Shown: piece by piece, positions 1 to 11,279 of the stretch | Layout: the number at the start of each line of letters is the position of its first letter | Position numbering within the stretch: position 1 is the stretch's first letter | Origin: Gammaproteobacteria bacterium | GTDB lineage: Bacteria > Pseudomonadota > Gammaproteobacteria > G965277405 | Assembly (NCBI GenBank): GCA_965277405.1 | Contig: OZ255726.1 | Location: forward strand, 1,504,001 to 1,568,000 | Length of the DNA: 64,000 bases | Direction of reading: 5' to 3' | Translations under genes and position numbers: made by a program | Notes under the pieces: model-generated | Databases searched by the model: none | What the model saw: only the letters and a program-made list of their open reading frames with translations | Told to the model about the DNA's origin: nothing

Positions 1-4
1 CTCG

Positions 5-928
5 GTGGCGTTTAAAGTCGTGAAAGCTGGTGTATTGGCGCTAATACAAGATCTGGGACGTCACGGTCAGCAGTCGATTGGTTTAACAACCGGCGGCCCG
101 ATGGATGAAATGGCGTTCCGCTGGGGCAATGCCATCCTCGATAATGACCCCAATGCACCGCAAGTCGAAATCACTTTTGGCATGCTCACATTAGCGGCAC
201 AAGCCGATACCAGCATTGCCATCACAGGAGCGGATTTGGGCGCAACTTTGAATGATATAAGCGTTGCTTCTTGGCAAACTTACAGCATCAAACAAGGTGA
301 TATGTTAGCTTTCAACCAACCTGTTTGGGGCTTACGCGCCTATTTATCAGTAAAAGACGGTTTCCTCTGCAAAGAGATATTGGGCAGTGTCGCTACGGTG
401 ATGCGCGAGAAAATCGGCGGTTTGACTGGGAAAGGCGACAAACTACACAACAACGACTTACTGAGATACTCCCCCTATACCCGCCATAAGCCAAGGGCAG
501 TACCACGCGTAGCAACGCCAAATTATGCGCAAACAGCAATCCCGGTGATGCTGGGGTATCAGTATCAGTCTTTCACGCCAGCGGAACGCGCGCGGTTTTT
601 TTCCAGCAACTATAGAGTATCGTCAGCTAGCGACCGTATGGGGTATCGTCTACAAGGTAGTGCGATTACGAGTGATGTCCAAGGCATCATATCCGAAGGG
701 ATTGCCTACGGTGCCATTCAAATTCCTCAAGACGGGCAGCCAATTGTGTTGCTAAGAGACAGACAAACCATTGGTGGCTACCCCAAAATAGGCTGTGTAA
801 CTAGCTATGGTGGCGGAATTCTATCCCAACAAACAACTGGTGCTGGTATTCAATTTACCCCGATAACAGTCGATCAAGCGCAGCATGAACGCCATTTGGC
901 CATGACCAGACTCTCCCAATGGCGTTAA
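5..928 (+). CDS. pxpC: 5-oxoprolinase subunit C / biotin-dependent carboxyltransferase family (YbgK/KipA-like)
   Basis: Motifs IQDLGR, GGPMD, GLRAYL, SDRMGYRL and GAIQIP-GQPIVLL-DRQTIGGYPKIG are typical of PxpC/KipA; GTG start at the window edge. Confidence 0.9.
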   Translation: MAFKVVKAGVLALIQDLGRHGQQSIGLTTGGPMDEMAFRWGNAILDNDPNAPQVEITFGMLTLAAQADTSIAITGADLGATLNDISVASWQTYSIKQGDMLAFNQPVWGLRAYLSVKDGFLCKEILGSVATVMREKIGGLTGKGDKLHNNDLLRYSPYTRHKPRAVPRVATPNYAQTAIPVMLGYQYQSFTPAERARFFSSNYRVSSASDRMGYRLQGSAITSDVQGIISEGIAYGAIQIPQDGQPIVLLRDRQTIGGYPKIGCVTSYGGGILSQQTTGAGIQFTPITVDQAQHERHLAMTRLSQWR

Positions 929-1256
929 CGCAACTGGTTGCAGTCAAATATCAGATGATTATCTTCACCTGACGCAACACAGCGTCAATATACGATCAAG
1001 CAAAGGTCTGCAAGATATATTTGTAATTGGTTGTTATGCTTGACAGCAACGATAATATCAGTATCGAAGCTATATAGCTCGTTAGCTTGGTCTGTCCGCC
1101 CTGTTGGCGACATGCACAGGCGTTTGCCAGCATACAAAGCATACACCACCAGCAACGACGCGCTAATTTTGGCAAAAGAATACCACAGCGTTGTTGCGAC
1201 CAAAGGTTATCAGCAGAGCTATGAAATTAAGACACCACCACAATGGGGTAACATGC

Positions 1257-2984
1257 ATGTCTACAGTAGCAAGCCAACATACTTTAGCTAACAAAAACGC
1301 CTTAATCACGCGCATTCGTCATGGTGTGATTGGTAGAAATGCTCAAATTAACACGCCTTTTGGCAAGAGAAGGCTGACTTATGCAGATTACACCGCGTCG
1401 GGTCGCAGTTTAGACTTCATCGAAACTGCAATTTTGCAACATGTGCTACCTTTCTACGCTAATACGCATACAGAAGCAAATGCCACAGGCCAGCAAACCA
1501 CGTCATTTCGTGAACAAGCACGCCTGAAAATTGGCGATGCAGTCAACGCTAATCATGACGACCTAGTGTTGTTTTGTGGCAGCGGTGCGACTAGTGCTGT
1601 TAATACGCTTATCAGCCAATTGGGATTGCGCCAAATAAGTCCATCAGAAAAAGCGCAGGTTTGTATTCTAATTGGTCCGTATGAGCATCATTCTAATGAA
1701 TTGCCATGGCGCGAGTTGGGGGTTGAAATCATTCGCATTCCAGAAGCAAACACTGGTGGCGTTTGTCTTGTGTCATTAGCAAGGCGGCTACAAAACAACC
1801 AAGGAAGGCGACTTATCGGTAGTTTCAGCGCAGCTTCTAATGTTACTGGAATTGTATGTGATCAAGATGCTATCACTGCGTTATTGCATCGGTATAACGC
1901 GTTAGCTTGTTGGGATTTTGCCGCTGCCGCTCCTTATATTGCCTTAGACATGAACCCACCAGGCGCGGTGATGCTAGCCAAAGATGCCATCTTTTTTTCT
2001 ACGCATAAATTTATTGGCGGACCGAGTACCCCAGGTATGCTAATCGTAAAAAAAAGGATTATTCAGAATATGGTCCCAAGCGTAGTTGGCGGCGGTACCG
2101 TGTCTTTTGTTACGCCGCATGATCACACTTTCTTAGCTATTAGTGAGCGCCGTGAAGAAGGCGGCACCCCCTCTATTATAGAAGCGATACGAGCTGGATT
2201 AGTATTTCAACTGAAACAAGATGTGGGTGCCAACGTTATACAAGCACGAGAACACCGTCTAGCTGAATTGATAGACAAGCGTTGGCATAATCACCCTTCA
2301 ATACAACTCTTGGGTAAACCTCAATCTGCACGGCTGTCGATTACTGCCTTGCGCATAACAACCGATTTTGGCTATTTGCATCATGGCTTTATTACGGTTC
2401 TGCTGAATGATATGTTTGGCATACAAGTCCGCGGTGGGTGTTCCTGTGCTGGTCCATATGGTCACCAATTATTGCATATTGATACCGCTCAATCCGTGCG
2501 AATTCAACAAGCTTTGCAAGACCAAGAGAAACTGGTAAAGCCCGGCTGGGTACGGTTCAACCTAAATTATTTCCTCACCGATGCAGACGCTAAATTTATT
2601 TTAGCTGCTATAGAGTTTGTAGCGGAACACGGCATAACGATTCTCCCCTACTACGCCTATGATCAAAATTTAGATGTATGGCGTTTTCAAAACCGTGCGA
2701 CTACCCCGCTGTCACTCGACTCGATAATGAAAATCCAGCCAGCGCAAGGCGTTCGTGTGCAAAACGTTTTACCTCAAGATCAAGATATAGATCAAGATAT
2801 AGATATAGATATAGAGGAGCAAGAGAATTATTTCCACCAAGCAAAGTCCATCGTAAAAAAATGTCTCGATGGCGAGTATGAGTTACAGCAACAACCTTTT
2901 AATGCTACCTATAATGACATAAAAGATTTTGTTTTAGTGCAAGACTTGGAAACCTTGGATAAACTCGCTGCACCAGCGACCTAA
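1257..2984 (+). CDS. Class V fold PLP-dependent aminotransferase (cysteine desulfurase-like)
   Basis: YADYTASGR, YANTHTE, EHHSNELPW, FSAASNVTG, DFAAAAPY, FSTHKF (PLP Lys), EEGGTP, RGGCSCAGPY; ATG at 1257 after GGGG preferred over the TTG at 1191. Confidence 0.88.
   Translation: MSTVASQHTLANKNALITRIRHGVIGRNAQINTPFGKRRLTYADYTASGRSLDFIETAILQHVLPFYANTHTEANATGQQTTSFREQARLKIGDAVNANHDDLVLFCGSGATSAVNTLISQLGLRQISPSEKAQVCILIGPYEHHSNELPWRELGVEIIRIPEANTGGVCLVSLARRLQNNQGRRLIGSFSAASNVTGIVCDQDAITALLHRYNALACWDFAAAAPYIALDMNPPGAVMLAKDAIFFSTHKFIGGPSTPGMLIVKKRIIQNMVPSVVGGGTVSFVTPHDHTFLAISERREEGGTPSIIEAIRAGLVFQLKQDVGANVIQAREHRLAELIDKRWHNHPSIQLLGKPQSARLSITALRITTDFGYLHHGFITVLLNDMFGIQVRGGCSCAGPYGHQLLHIDTAQSVRIQQALQDQEKLVKPGWVRFNLNYFLTDADAKFILAAIEFVAEHGITILPYYAYDQNLDVWRFQNRATTPLSLDSIMKIQPAQGVRVQNVLPQDQDIDQDIDIDIEEQENYFHQAKSIVKKCLDGEYELQQQPFNATYNDIKDFVLVQDLETLDKLAAPAT
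2775..2813 (+). repeat. In-frame micro-repeat GATCAAGATATA/GATATA encoding QDQDIDQDIDIDI
   Basis: Read directly. Confidence 0.9.
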
Positions 2985-3082
2985 GCAGCGCTTGCTTATC
3001 TGGATTAGGTTGGCTCGAATAGTCCAGGTAGTTGACTGGGCTCTTGCGTTGCACAAACGGCTATGCAATACTGCGTGCATCA

Positions 3083-3106
3083 AGCGGATACTATAGCGGA
3101 TACTAT
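3083..3106. repeat. 12-bp tandem duplication AGCGGATACTAT x2
   Basis: Read directly. Confidence 0.9.
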
Positions 3107-3387
3107 GTAGTTGCGTGGGCTTGGTACGATTGGTCTAAATACTTCCTACGGATGAGTTGACAACATCGCGATTGATAGTAGGATGCGCGACCTTCTGCCG
3201 TCTCTGGTGCTGTATAGCGCAGGTTTATAGGGGCAAACATCATAATGTCGTTTACACCGTTTGACTGTAAAACGCTTGGCTGCAAATGCTAACAAGCATG
3301 TGGTAAATGTTGTCTGCTGGTTGTTGTTCGGCTGCAGTTATTTTTATATATGATTACAATTAGGAACTACTAGATAGAAGTCGCACA

Positions 3388-3699
3388 ATGCAGAACCAAA
3401 AAATACGAATAAAGCTGAAAGGATTCGATCATCGACTTATTGATGCGTCGACGCAAGCAATTGTTGCTGCGGCAAAGCGCACTGGTGCGCAAGTTACTGG
3501 TCCTATCCCGCTACCTACAAAAAAGGAAAAGTTTACTATTTTGATTTCACCGCATGTGAATAAAGATGCTCGTGATCAGTATGAGATACGCACGCATAAG
3601 CGGATGCTAGAAGTAATTGCACCAACAGATAAAACGGTTGACGCGCTGATGAAATTAGACCTGTCTGCAGGGGTTGAAGTAAACATAAGTTTGGGTTAA
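3388..3699 (+). CDS. rpsJ: 30S ribosomal protein S10
   Basis: [27 protein letters not shown]. Confidence 0.99.
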   Translation: MQNQKIRIKLKGFDHRLIDASTQAIVAAAKRTGAQVTGPIPLPTKKEKFTILISPHVNKDARDQYEIRTHKRMLEVIAPTDKTVDALMKLDLSAGVEVNISLG

Positions 3700-3703
3700 G
3701 AAA

Positions 3704-4354
3704 ATGGTGGCTGGTATTGTTGGTATTAAGCGCGGAATGACGCGAATATTTGATGAGAATGGGGTAGCAACTCCAGTAACGGTTGTGGAAGCACAGCCAA
3801 ATACAGTGGTCCAGTGTAAGACGCAGATAACAGACGGCTATAGCGCCATTCAAGTTAGCCATGGCAGGCAGATGGAAAAACGTATCAGCAAGCCAGTGCT
3901 CAAACATTATGGGCGTCATGGTGTCAGGCCAGGTAGACGCCTGCAAGAAATTCGACTTAACAGTGATAAAGAAACCGCAAATTATAGTAGCGGCGATCAA
4001 CTCACAGTGATGCAATTTACTGATGTGGAGAAAGTTGATGTAACATCTGTTTCCAAGGGAAAAGGTTTTCAAGGAGCGATTAAGCGTTGGCATTTTCGTG
4101 GTCAAGATAGTACCCACGGCAACTCGTTGTCGCATCGTGCACCAGGGAGTATTGGTAATTGCCAGTTTCCAGGAAAAGTTTGGAAAGGCAAAAAAATGGC
4201 AGGAAGAATGGGAAACGCTACTACCACTACACAAAATGTAGGGGTTGTTGGTGTGCGTGAAGCAACAAATGTGTTGTTGTTGCGCGGTCCTGTACCTGGT
4301 CCAAATGGCTCGGCGGTGTTTATCAAGGCTGCTGTAAAATCAATCCAAAAATAG
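3704..4354 (+). CDS. rplC: 50S ribosomal protein L3
   Basis: GMTRIF, SKGKGFQG, HRAPGSIG, KGKKMAGRMG. Confidence 0.99.
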   Translation: MVAGIVGIKRGMTRIFDENGVATPVTVVEAQPNTVVQCKTQITDGYSAIQVSHGRQMEKRISKPVLKHYGRHGVRPGRRLQEIRLNSDKETANYSSGDQLTVMQFTDVEKVDVTSVSKGKGFQGAIKRWHFRGQDSTHGNSLSHRAPGSIGNCQFPGKVWKGKKMAGRMGNATTTTQNVGVVGVREATNVLLLRGPVPGPNGSAVFIKAAVKSIQK

Positions 4355-4360
4355 AGCAAT

Positions 4361-4993
4361 ATGGAACTCCCAATTTATGCAACTAATCAAAGCAAGGTGG
4401 TCACCGAGCAGTTTTTTGGTCGCGAGTATAATTCAGACTTAGTTCATCAAATTTTTGTTAGCTACTTAGCTGGTGCACGCCAAGGCAGTCATGCGCAGCG
4501 CACCCGTAGTGAAGTGCAGGGTGGTGGTAAGAAGCCTTGGCGTCAAAAAGGAACGGGTCGCGCGCGTGCTGGTACTATCCGTAGCCCGTTGTGGCGTGGT
4601 GGCGGCATAACCTTCGCCAAAAAACCGCGAGATTATTCGGTTAAAGTGAATAGAAAAATGTACAGGGCGGGTATTCAGTGCATTTTTTCTCAGCTTGTTC
4701 GCGAACAACGCTTGCATGTTTTTTCAAAGGAGTCGCTGTTGCTGGCTGAGCCAAAAACAAAGGCGTATTTACAGTTTGCAGAGCAGCAAAAAATTGCTGA
4801 TAACGTGTTGATTGTTTTTGAGTCACTCGATGATAATCGGAATCTTGTGTTGGCGTCGAGGAACATGAAGGGCGTTGAAGTGTTACGAATAAGCGAAGTC
4901 AATCCATATAGCCTGGTGGCGCATGATACTGTGCTGGTTGAAGACTCGGTGATAGATAAATTACAAGAGATGTGGTCACATGATGTATCTTGA
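4361..4993 (+). CDS. rplD: 50S ribosomal protein L4
   Basis: KKPWRQKGTGRARAG, SPLWRGGG. Confidence 0.99.
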   Translation: MELPIYATNQSKVVTEQFFGREYNSDLVHQIFVSYLAGARQGSHAQRTRSEVQGGGKKPWRQKGTGRARAGTIRSPLWRGGGITFAKKPRDYSVKVNRKMYRAGIQCIFSQLVREQRLHVFSKESLLLAEPKTKAYLQFAEQQKIADNVLIVFESLDDNRNLVLASRNMKGVEVLRISEVNPYSLVAHDTVLVEDSVIDKLQEMWSHDVS

Positions 4994-5279
4994 TAAGTAC
5001 ACAGTAATTAAGGCGCCGATTAACTCTGAAAAGGCGAGTATGGTTGGTGATAGTGTCAATCAATACGTTTTTAAAGTTGACAGGCGCGCAACAAAAAAAC
5101 AAATCGCTGATGCTGTTACTCAACTGTTTGATGTGCAAGTTGTTGCGGTGAATACCCTCATCAACAAGCCGACAAAAAAGCGCGATATGCGTAGAGGAGG
5201 CACTAGAACAGTAAAAGGTTTTAAGAAGGCTTATGTGCAATTAGCGCCAAGTCAGAGTATTAACTATAATATAGGGTAG
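4980..5279 (+). CDS. rplW: 50S ribosomal protein L23
   Basis: P-NSEKA, FKVD, KKAYV; operon position; start may be 4983. Confidence 0.97.
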   Translation: MMYLDKYTVIKAPINSEKASMVGDSVNQYVFKVDRRATKKQIADAVTQLFDVQVVAVNTLINKPTKKRDMRRGGTRTVKGFKKAYVQLAPSQSINYNIG

Positions 5280-5285
5280 TAGATA

Positions 5286-6116
5286 ATGGCTCTGAAACAT
5301 ACTAAACCGACATCGCCTGGTGTGCGCCAGCAAGTCCGAGTTAAACGCGATGGATTGCATACAGGTCGCCCGCATATGGCGCTTACTGCAGGGCAACATA
5401 AAACTGGGGGACGGAATAATAATGGCAGGATTACTGTTCGCCATCGTGGTGGTGGGCATAAACAGTTGTATCGTATTATAGATTTTAAACGCGACAAAAT
5501 TGATATTGCAGGAGTTGTCGAACGTATTGAATATGACCCAAACAGAACTGCGCGCATTGCGCTTATTAAATATATTGATGGTGACAGGCGTTATATTATA
5601 GCGCCAAAAAACCTGACAGTTGATCAGGAAATACTTTCAGCAGATATTACCCCGATTCAGCTTGGCAACACGATGCCATTGTCAAATATAAAGCTTGGTA
5701 GTGTCGTACATTGTGTAGAGTTAAAGCCTGGCAAGGGCGCGCAAATTGCGCGCAGCGCAGGGGCGGCTGTGCAGTTGGTTGCTCGTGAAGCAGGGTATGC
5801 AACGTTGCGGCTGCGTTCTGGTGAAACAAGAAAAGTTCCTGAAGGATGTCGTGCTACATTGGGTGAAGTTGGCAATGGTGAGCATAGTTTGCAGTCATTA
5901 GGCAAGGCAGGGGCCAAGCGTTGGAGAGGCGTTAGACCGACTGTGCGTGGCGTTGCTATGAACCCTGTCGATCATCCCCATGGTGGAGGTGAAGGGCGGA
6001 CATCTGGTGGTCGCCATCCAGTTTCTCCAACAGGTGTGCCTGCGAAAGGGTATAAAACACGTCATAACAAACGAACGGATAGGCTTATTGTTCGTCGTCG
6101 TAACAAAAAACGTTAG
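5286..6116 (+). CDS. rplB: 50S ribosomal protein L2
   Basis: [28 protein letters not shown]. Confidence 0.99.
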   Translation: MALKHTKPTSPGVRQQVRVKRDGLHTGRPHMALTAGQHKTGGRNNNGRITVRHRGGGHKQLYRIIDFKRDKIDIAGVVERIEYDPNRTARIALIKYIDGDRRYIIAPKNLTVDQEILSADITPIQLGNTMPLSNIKLGSVVHCVELKPGKGAQIARSAGAAVQLVAREAGYATLRLRSGETRKVPEGCRATLGEVGNGEHSLQSLGKAGAKRWRGVRPTVRGVAMNPVDHPHGGGEGRTSGGRHPVSPTGVPAKGYKTRHNKRTDRLIVRRRNKKR

Positions 6117-6124
6117 GAGTAAAT

Positions 6125-6403
6125 ATGGCTAGATCTTTAAAAAAAGGACCGTTCATTGATATTTCACTCCTCAAAAAAGTTGAGGTGGCGAGAGCATCAG
6201 GCAATAAGAAACCAATTAAAACATGGTCAAGGCGTTCAACTATTCTTCCTGAAATGATTGAGTTAACAATTGCTGTACACAATGGCCGTAAGCATATTCC
6301 AGTATATATTAACGAAGAAATGGTCGGTCACAAATTGGGTGAGTTTGCGTTGACGCGAACATTTAAACAACATGCGGGCGACCGTAAAACAAAAGGGCGG
6401 TAA
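6125..6403 (+). CDS. rpsS: 30S ribosomal protein S19
   Basis: [21 protein letters not shown]. Confidence 0.99.
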   Translation: MARSLKKGPFIDISLLKKVEVARASGNKKPIKTWSRRSTILPEMIELTIAVHNGRKHIPVYINEEMVGHKLGEFALTRTFKQHAGDRKTKGR

Positions 6404-6406
6404 ATT

Positions 6407-6745
6407 ATGTTGGTTAAGTCAATGCATAGAAATGCGCGTATATCGCCATTAAAGGCAAGAATCGTTGCAAATATTGTCCGTGGCATGAATGCTGAAAAAG
6501 CACAATTCACTTTGGACTATAGTCCGCAGAAAGCAGCTAAGATGTTGGGTAAGGTGTTAAAGTCCGCCTTGTCGAATGCTGAGCATAATCATAATTTAGA
6601 CGTTGATGGCATGAAAATTCATACTATTGAAGTAAACGAAGCCAGAAGTTTGAAAAGAATTAGCCCTAGGGCAAAAGGAAGGGCGGATCGTATAGTAAAG
6701 CGCAACAGCCATCTGACAATTATTTTAGCTGAGGCGCAGGAATAA
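6407..6745 (+). CDS. rplV: 50S ribosomal protein L22
   Basis: [20 protein letters not shown]. Confidence 0.99.
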   Translation: MLVKSMHRNARISPLKARIVANIVRGMNAEKAQFTLDYSPQKAAKMLGKVLKSALSNAEHNHNLDVDGMKIHTIEVNEARSLKRISPRAKGRADRIVKRNSHLTIILAEAQE

Positions 6746-6747
6746 CT

Positions 6748-7443
6748 ATGGGTCAGAAAGTACATCCAATAGGTATTCGCCTCGGCATTGTTCGAGAACA
6801 TAATTCTAACTGGTATGCCAACGGTAAGGAGTATGCAGACAACTTGCATAATGATATTATCTTGCGGCGTAACTTGCACAAGAAATTGAAAGATGCGGCG
6901 GTCAGTAAAATCAAAATTGAATACCTTGCAGATAGAGCAATCGTTACCATCCATTCGGCGCGACCGGGTAAGGTTATTGGTCAAAAAGGTGTTGACGTTG
7001 AAAAATTGCGTACCATTGCAACAAAACAGCTGAAACGTTCAGTACATATTAATATTGCTGAAATTCGCAAGCCAGAACTTGACGCCTTTCTGGTTGCCCA
7101 AAGTATCGCCACCCAGTTAGAGCGCCGGGTGATGTTTCGGCGTGCCATGAAACGAGCAATGCAGAATACTATGCGTGCTGGTGCTGAAGGAGTGCGTATT
7201 CAGGTCAGCGGACGCCTCGGCGGCGCTGAAATTGCGCGCAATGAAAAGTATCATGAAGGCCGTGTGCCACTCCATACATTTCGTGCTGATATCGACTACG
7301 CTGTGTATGAGGCGTTAACAACATATGGAATTTTGGGTGTCAAGGTTTGGATTTCTCGTGGTGAGATTTATGGCGGTATTGCGGCAGCACAATTGCAGCA
7401 GCCACCAACACGTGCTGTTCGTCAACAACGCAGTCGTGGATAG
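6748..7443 (+). CDS. rpsC: 30S ribosomal protein S3
   Basis: [24 protein letters not shown]. Confidence 0.99.
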   Translation: MGQKVHPIGIRLGIVREHNSNWYANGKEYADNLHNDIILRRNLHKKLKDAAVSKIKIEYLADRAIVTIHSARPGKVIGQKGVDVEKLRTIATKQLKRSVHINIAEIRKPELDAFLVAQSIATQLERRVMFRRAMKRAMQNTMRAGAEGVRIQVSGRLGGAEIARNEKYHEGRVPLHTFRADIDYAVYEALTTYGILGVKVWISRGEIYGGIAAAQLQQPPTRAVRQQRSRG

Positions 7444-7452
7444 GTATAGATA

Positions 7453-7866
7453 ATGTTACAACCAAAAAAAACTAAATACCGCAAGCAGCAGAAAGGTCGG
7501 AATCGCGGCCTAGCCCATCGCGGCAGCTCTGTAAGCTTTGGAGAATTTGGCTTAAAAGCAACAGGTCGCGGTCGGATGACTTCACGGCAGATTGAGGCTG
7601 GACGGCGTGCGATAACTCGCCATGTTCGTCGTGGTGGGAAAATATGGATTCGTGTTTTCCCAGACAAGCCGATTTCAAAAAAACCATTAGAAGTTCGTCA
7701 AGGAAAAGGCAAAGGCCCAGTTGAATACTGGGTTGCACAAATTAAACCAGGTAAAGTGTTGTATGAAATTGAAGGTGTTGAAGAAGACATTGCTCGCCGC
7801 GCAATGCTGCTTGCAGCGCATAAATTTCCTTTCCCCACAACTTTTGTTTCACGTACTGTTTTATAG
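7453..7866 (+). CDS. rplP: 50S ribosomal protein L16
   Basis: [19 protein letters not shown]. Confidence 0.99.
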   Translation: MLQPKKTKYRKQQKGRNRGLAHRGSSVSFGEFGLKATGRGRMTSRQIEAGRRAITRHVRRGGKIWIRVFPDKPISKKPLEVRQGKGKGPVEYWVAQIKPGKVLYEIEGVEEDIARRAMLLAAHKFPFPTTFVSRTVL

Positions 7867-7871
7867 CGAAT

Positions 7872-8090
7872 ATGAATAAAAAAGAATGGCAACAGATTCA
7901 AGAAGCTCCGCTTGATCGCTTGTTTACTATGCGTGAAGAAGCGAAAAAAGAATTGTTTCAATTTCGTTTGCAGCATGCAACGAATCAGTTGAAACAAACT
8001 CATGTGCTGCGGCAATCGAGAAAAACCATTGCTAAAATTAATACTTTGATTACTGCAAAGCGTAGCACTGTTCATACAACCGTGTCATGA
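7872..8090 (+). CDS. rpmC: 50S ribosomal protein L29
   Basis: ELFQFRLQ-ATNQL, RKTIAKINT; operon position. Confidence 0.95.
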   Translation: MNKKEWQQIQEAPLDRLFTMREEAKKELFQFRLQHATNQLKQTHVLRQSRKTIAKINTLITAKRSTVHTTVS

Positions 8091-8365
8091 ATATGCCAGA
8101 ACAACAAGCCACAAATCCAAGACTGCTTACAGGTACTGTTATCAGCAATAAAGCTGATAAAACCTGTACCGTTGTCGTTCTTCGTCGTATTAAGCACCCA
8201 AAGTATGAAAAGACATTAACGCGTTCTACAAAAGTGCATGCGCATGATGAAAATAATGAATGTCAGATTGGTGATGTCGTTACAGTTGTTGAGTGTCGAC
8301 CAATTTCTAAGTTGAAAACGTGGAAATTGATTACAGTGGTCACGCGTAGCAATCCTGCAGCATAA
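8087..8365 (+). CDS. rpsQ: 30S ribosomal protein S17
   Basis: HPKY, AHDENN, ECRPISK-K-W. Confidence 0.98.
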   Translation: MNMPEQQATNPRLLTGTVISNKADKTCTVVVLRRIKHPKYEKTLTRSTKVHAHDENNECQIGDVVTVVECRPISKLKTWKLITVVTRSNPAA

Positions 8366-8393
8366 CGCTAGCGAGTATTGATAAGGAATAAGA

Positions 8394-8762
8394 ATGATTC
8401 AATCAGAAACAAAGTTAGAAGTTGCAGATAATAGCGGTGCTCGTAAAGTCCAGTGTATTAAAGTGCTGGGCGGCTCTAAGCGTAGATACGCGTATATTGG
8501 TGATGTTATCCGTGTCAGTATTAAAGAGGCTATTCCTAAAGGTAGGGTAAAGAAAGGTCAAGTGGCATTCGCTGTTGTGGTGCGCACCCGCAAAGGCGTG
8601 CGTAGACAAGATGGATCCTTGATTAAGTTTGATACCAATGCATGTGTGCTGTTGAATGCGCAATATGCGCCTATTGGCACGCGTATTTTTGGTCCCGTAA
8701 CACGTGAGTTAAGAAACGAACGCTTTATGCGTATTGTTTCATTGGCTCCTGAAGTGTTGTAA
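8394..8762 (+). CDS. rplN: 50S ribosomal protein L14
   Basis: [22 protein letters not shown]. Confidence 0.99.
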   Translation: MIQSETKLEVADNSGARKVQCIKVLGGSKRRYAYIGDVIRVSIKEAIPKGRVKKGQVAFAVVVRTRKGVRRQDGSLIKFDTNACVLLNAQYAPIGTRIFGPVTRELRNERFMRIVSLAPEVL

Positions 8763-8772
8763 TAGGTAAAGT

Positions 8773-9096
8773 ATGAACAAAATTAAAAGAGAAGATGAAG
8801 TCGTCATTCTCGCTGGTAAAGATAAAGGAAAACAAGGCAAAGTCATGCGATTCAAAGGCGATCGTATCTTTGTATCAGGCATAAATATGGTGAAAAAACA
8901 TAGCAAACCGGTACCAGCGTTAAATAAGCCGGGTGGGATTGTCGAGCAGGAATCTTCGTTGCACATCTCTAATGTGGCAATGTATAACCCCACAGCGAAA
9001 AAACACGACAAGGTCGGCTTCTCAATAGAAGAAAAAGACGGTAGGAAAGTTAAATTTCGCATTTTTAAATCAGACGGTAAACGGATAGACTCCTAA
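8773..9096 (+). CDS. rplX: 50S ribosomal protein L24
   Basis: GKDKGK-G, GGIVE-E, HISNVA. Confidence 0.99.
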   Translation: MNKIKREDEVVILAGKDKGKQGKVMRFKGDRIFVSGINMVKKHSKPVPALNKPGGIVEQESSLHISNVAMYNPTAKKHDKVGFSIEEKDGRKVKFRIFKSDGKRIDS

Positions 9097-9632
9097 TGTT
9101 GCGCGAAACTTATTACCAGCAATTACGAGTTCAGCTCAAACAACAACTTGAGCTTGATAATATCTTTGCTGTTCCCATGTTGTCTAAGATCACTTTGAAT
9201 ATGGGTGTGGGTGAAGCCCTGCGTGACAAAAAAGTTCTTGAGAATGCTGTCAAAGATATGGAAATGATAGCAGGGCAAAAACCAGTTATTACTAAATCAA
9301 GAATATCTGTTGCCAGTTTTAAATTGCGTGATGGTTGGAATATTGGCTGCAAAGTAACGTTACGGCGCGAGCGCATGTGGGATTTCGTTGATAGACTTGT
9401 GCATATCGCATTGCCGCGTGTGCGCGACTTTCGCGGTTTGAATTTAAAATCATTCGACGGCTTTGGTAATTACAATATGGGGGTGCGTGAGCAAATTATT
9501 TTTCCTGAAATTGACTACGATCGCATCGATAAAATTCGCGGGTTAGATATTGCAATCACCACGACTGCAAACACAGATGAACACGCTCTGGCATTGTTGC
9601 GGGCGCTTAAATTTCCATTTAGGACACAATAA
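9096..9632 (+). CDS. rplE: 50S ribosomal protein L5
   Basis: [25 protein letters not shown]. Confidence 0.99.
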   Translation: MLRETYYQQLRVQLKQQLELDNIFAVPMLSKITLNMGVGEALRDKKVLENAVKDMEMIAGQKPVITKSRISVASFKLRDGWNIGCKVTLRRERMWDFVDRLVHIALPRVRDFRGLNLKSFDGFGNYNMGVREQIIFPEIDYDRIDKIRGLDIAITTTANTDEHALALLRALKFPFRTQ

Positions 9633-9635
9633 CAA

Positions 9636-9941
9636 ATGGCACGTAAATCAATTATTGCACGAGAAAAACGCAAATATAAAACTGTTGCACGGCTTGGTGG
9701 TAAGAGGGAAATATTGCGAGAAACAATAAAAAGCGTGACTGCAACGGATGAAGAAAAGTGGCAGGCACAGTTGCAATTGCAACGGATGCCGCGTAACTCA
9801 AGTTATGTGCGCTTAACGCGCAGATGCAGTTTAACAGGGCGACAGCGAGGCGTGTATCGCAAGTTTGGTTTGTCTAGAAATATGCTGAGGCTGCATGCCA
9901 TGAATGGTGATGTGCCTGGCTTAACAAAATCAAGTTGGTAG
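9636..9941 (+). CDS. rpsN: 30S ribosomal protein S14 (long, zinc-independent type)
   Basis: 101 aa, [21 protein letters not shown]; single Cys. Confidence 0.98.
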   Translation: MARKSIIAREKRKYKTVARLGGKREILRETIKSVTATDEEKWQAQLQLQRMPRNSSYVRLTRRCSLTGRQRGVYRKFGLSRNMLRLHAMNGDVPGLTKSSW

Positions 9942-9951
9942 GAGGAGTGCT

Positions 9952-10347
9952 ATGAGTATGCAAGATCCACTAGCTGATATGTTCACACGTATCCGCAACG
10001 CCCATGCCATGCTTCATCCAAAAGTGAGTATGGCTGGCTCGAAATTAAAAAGTGCTGTTGCCCAAGTGCTGTTGGATGAAGGATATATAAAACATTTTTC
10101 CACAGAAAAAGTCGATGGCAAACCACTGCTTGAAATAGAGTTACAATATATGGATGGACAAAAAGTCATTCAAATGTTGCGGCGAATCAGTAAGCCTAGC
10201 CTGCGAATTTATCGCTCGCATCAACAAATACCTGTGGTAAATAACGGATTAGGTGTAGCGATTGTATCTACTTCACAAGGGGTAATGAGCGACAAGCGCG
10301 CCCGCCAATTGCAGGTAGGTGGCGAAGTTTTAGCAACAGTATTTTAA
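9952..10347 (+). CDS. rpsH: 30S ribosomal protein S8
   Basis: [25 protein letters not shown]. Confidence 0.99.
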   Translation: MSMQDPLADMFTRIRNAHAMLHPKVSMAGSKLKSAVAQVLLDEGYIKHFSTEKVDGKPLLEIELQYMDGQKVIQMLRRISKPSLRIYRSHQQIPVVNNGLGVAIVSTSQGVMSDKRARQLQVGGEVLATVF

Positions 10348-10360
10348 TTGGTATTATCTG

Positions 10361-10897
10361 ATGTCACGAATTGCAAAAAATCCAGTGCCAATTCCACAAG
10401 GAGTTGAAGTTACTATTAGCGCAACGCAATTACACGCAAAAGGTTTGCTTGGTGAGCGGAGTATGCGAATTGTGACAGGAATTTCTTTGGAGCAAAACGC
10501 CCAGACAATCGTTGTTCATACCCATTCGCAAGCAAAGAAAGTGCGTGCAATGGCAGGAACAACGCGTATGCTTGCTGCAAATTTAGTTATGGGTGTCAGT
10601 CATGGTTTTCAAAAAACACTTGAATTGCGTGGTGTTGGATACAGATGTCAAGTACAAGGTTCCACCATAACGTTGGCCTTAGGGTATTCAAACCCGAGAG
10701 TGTTTACGTTACCAGCTGAAATAACAGCAACAACTTCTAGTCAAACTGTTTTGACAATTAAAGGGAATGACAAGCAGCTTGTTGGTCAAGTTGCTGCTGA
10801 AATCCGCCGGATGAGACCGCCCGAGCCATACAAAGGCAAAGGTGTGCGCTATCTGGGCGAAGTTGTTCGCATCAAAGAAGTTAAAAAGAAAAAATAA
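10361..10897 (+). CDS. rplF: 50S ribosomal protein L6
   Basis: MSRIAK, GVGYR, PEPYKGKGVRY. Confidence 0.99.
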   Translation: MSRIAKNPVPIPQGVEVTISATQLHAKGLLGERSMRIVTGISLEQNAQTIVVHTHSQAKKVRAMAGTTRMLAANLVMGVSHGFQKTLELRGVGYRCQVQGSTITLALGYSNPRVFTLPAEITATTSSQTVLTIKGNDKQLVGQVAAEIRRMRPPEPYKGKGVRYLGEVVRIKEVKKKK

Positions 10898-10917
10898 ATA
10901 GGATATAGAGATTATTC

Positions 10918-11271
10918 ATGGCAGTTACAACGAAAAAACAAAACCGCATCCGCAGAGCGCGTAAAATGCGCGCGAAAGCACGGGAGCTTGGGATTACACG
11001 ACTCGTCGTGTTCAAATCCCAGCGACATTTATACGCGCAAATCATTCAACACGAGAACAAAGGCGATCGTGTGCTTGCCGCAGTCAGTAGTGGGCAGGAA
11101 AAAAACACCAACGCCAATATGACTGTTGCCACAGTGTTAGGAAAAAAAATAGCCAAGCTGGCGCTCGCAAAAGGAGTGGAACGCGTAGCGTTTGACAGAG
11201 GCGGTTTTCGCTATCATGGCAGAATTAAAGCCCTAGCCGACGCAGCTCGTGCACAAGGACTACAACTGTAG
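10918..11271 (+). CDS. rplR: 50S ribosomal protein L18
   Basis: [27 protein letters not shown]. Confidence 0.98.
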   Translation: MAVTTKKQNRIRRARKMRAKARELGITRLVVFKSQRHLYAQIIQHENKGDRVLAAVSSGQEKNTNANMTVATVLGKKIAKLALAKGVERVAFDRGGFRYHGRIKALADAARAQGLQL

Positions 11272-11279
11272 GAAAAGAT

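Noticed and set aside
2985-3387. tRNA, S10 leader or small CDS (3103-3285, minus strand) upstream of rpsJ
   Set aside because: No cloverleaf, convincing hairpin or recognisable protein motif seen by eye; a covariance-model search would be needed
4135-4200. Possible loss of the PrmB-methylated Gln in L3 (GSIGNCQFPG)
   Set aside because: The Gln equivalent to E. coli Q150 is retained; only neighbouring residues differ
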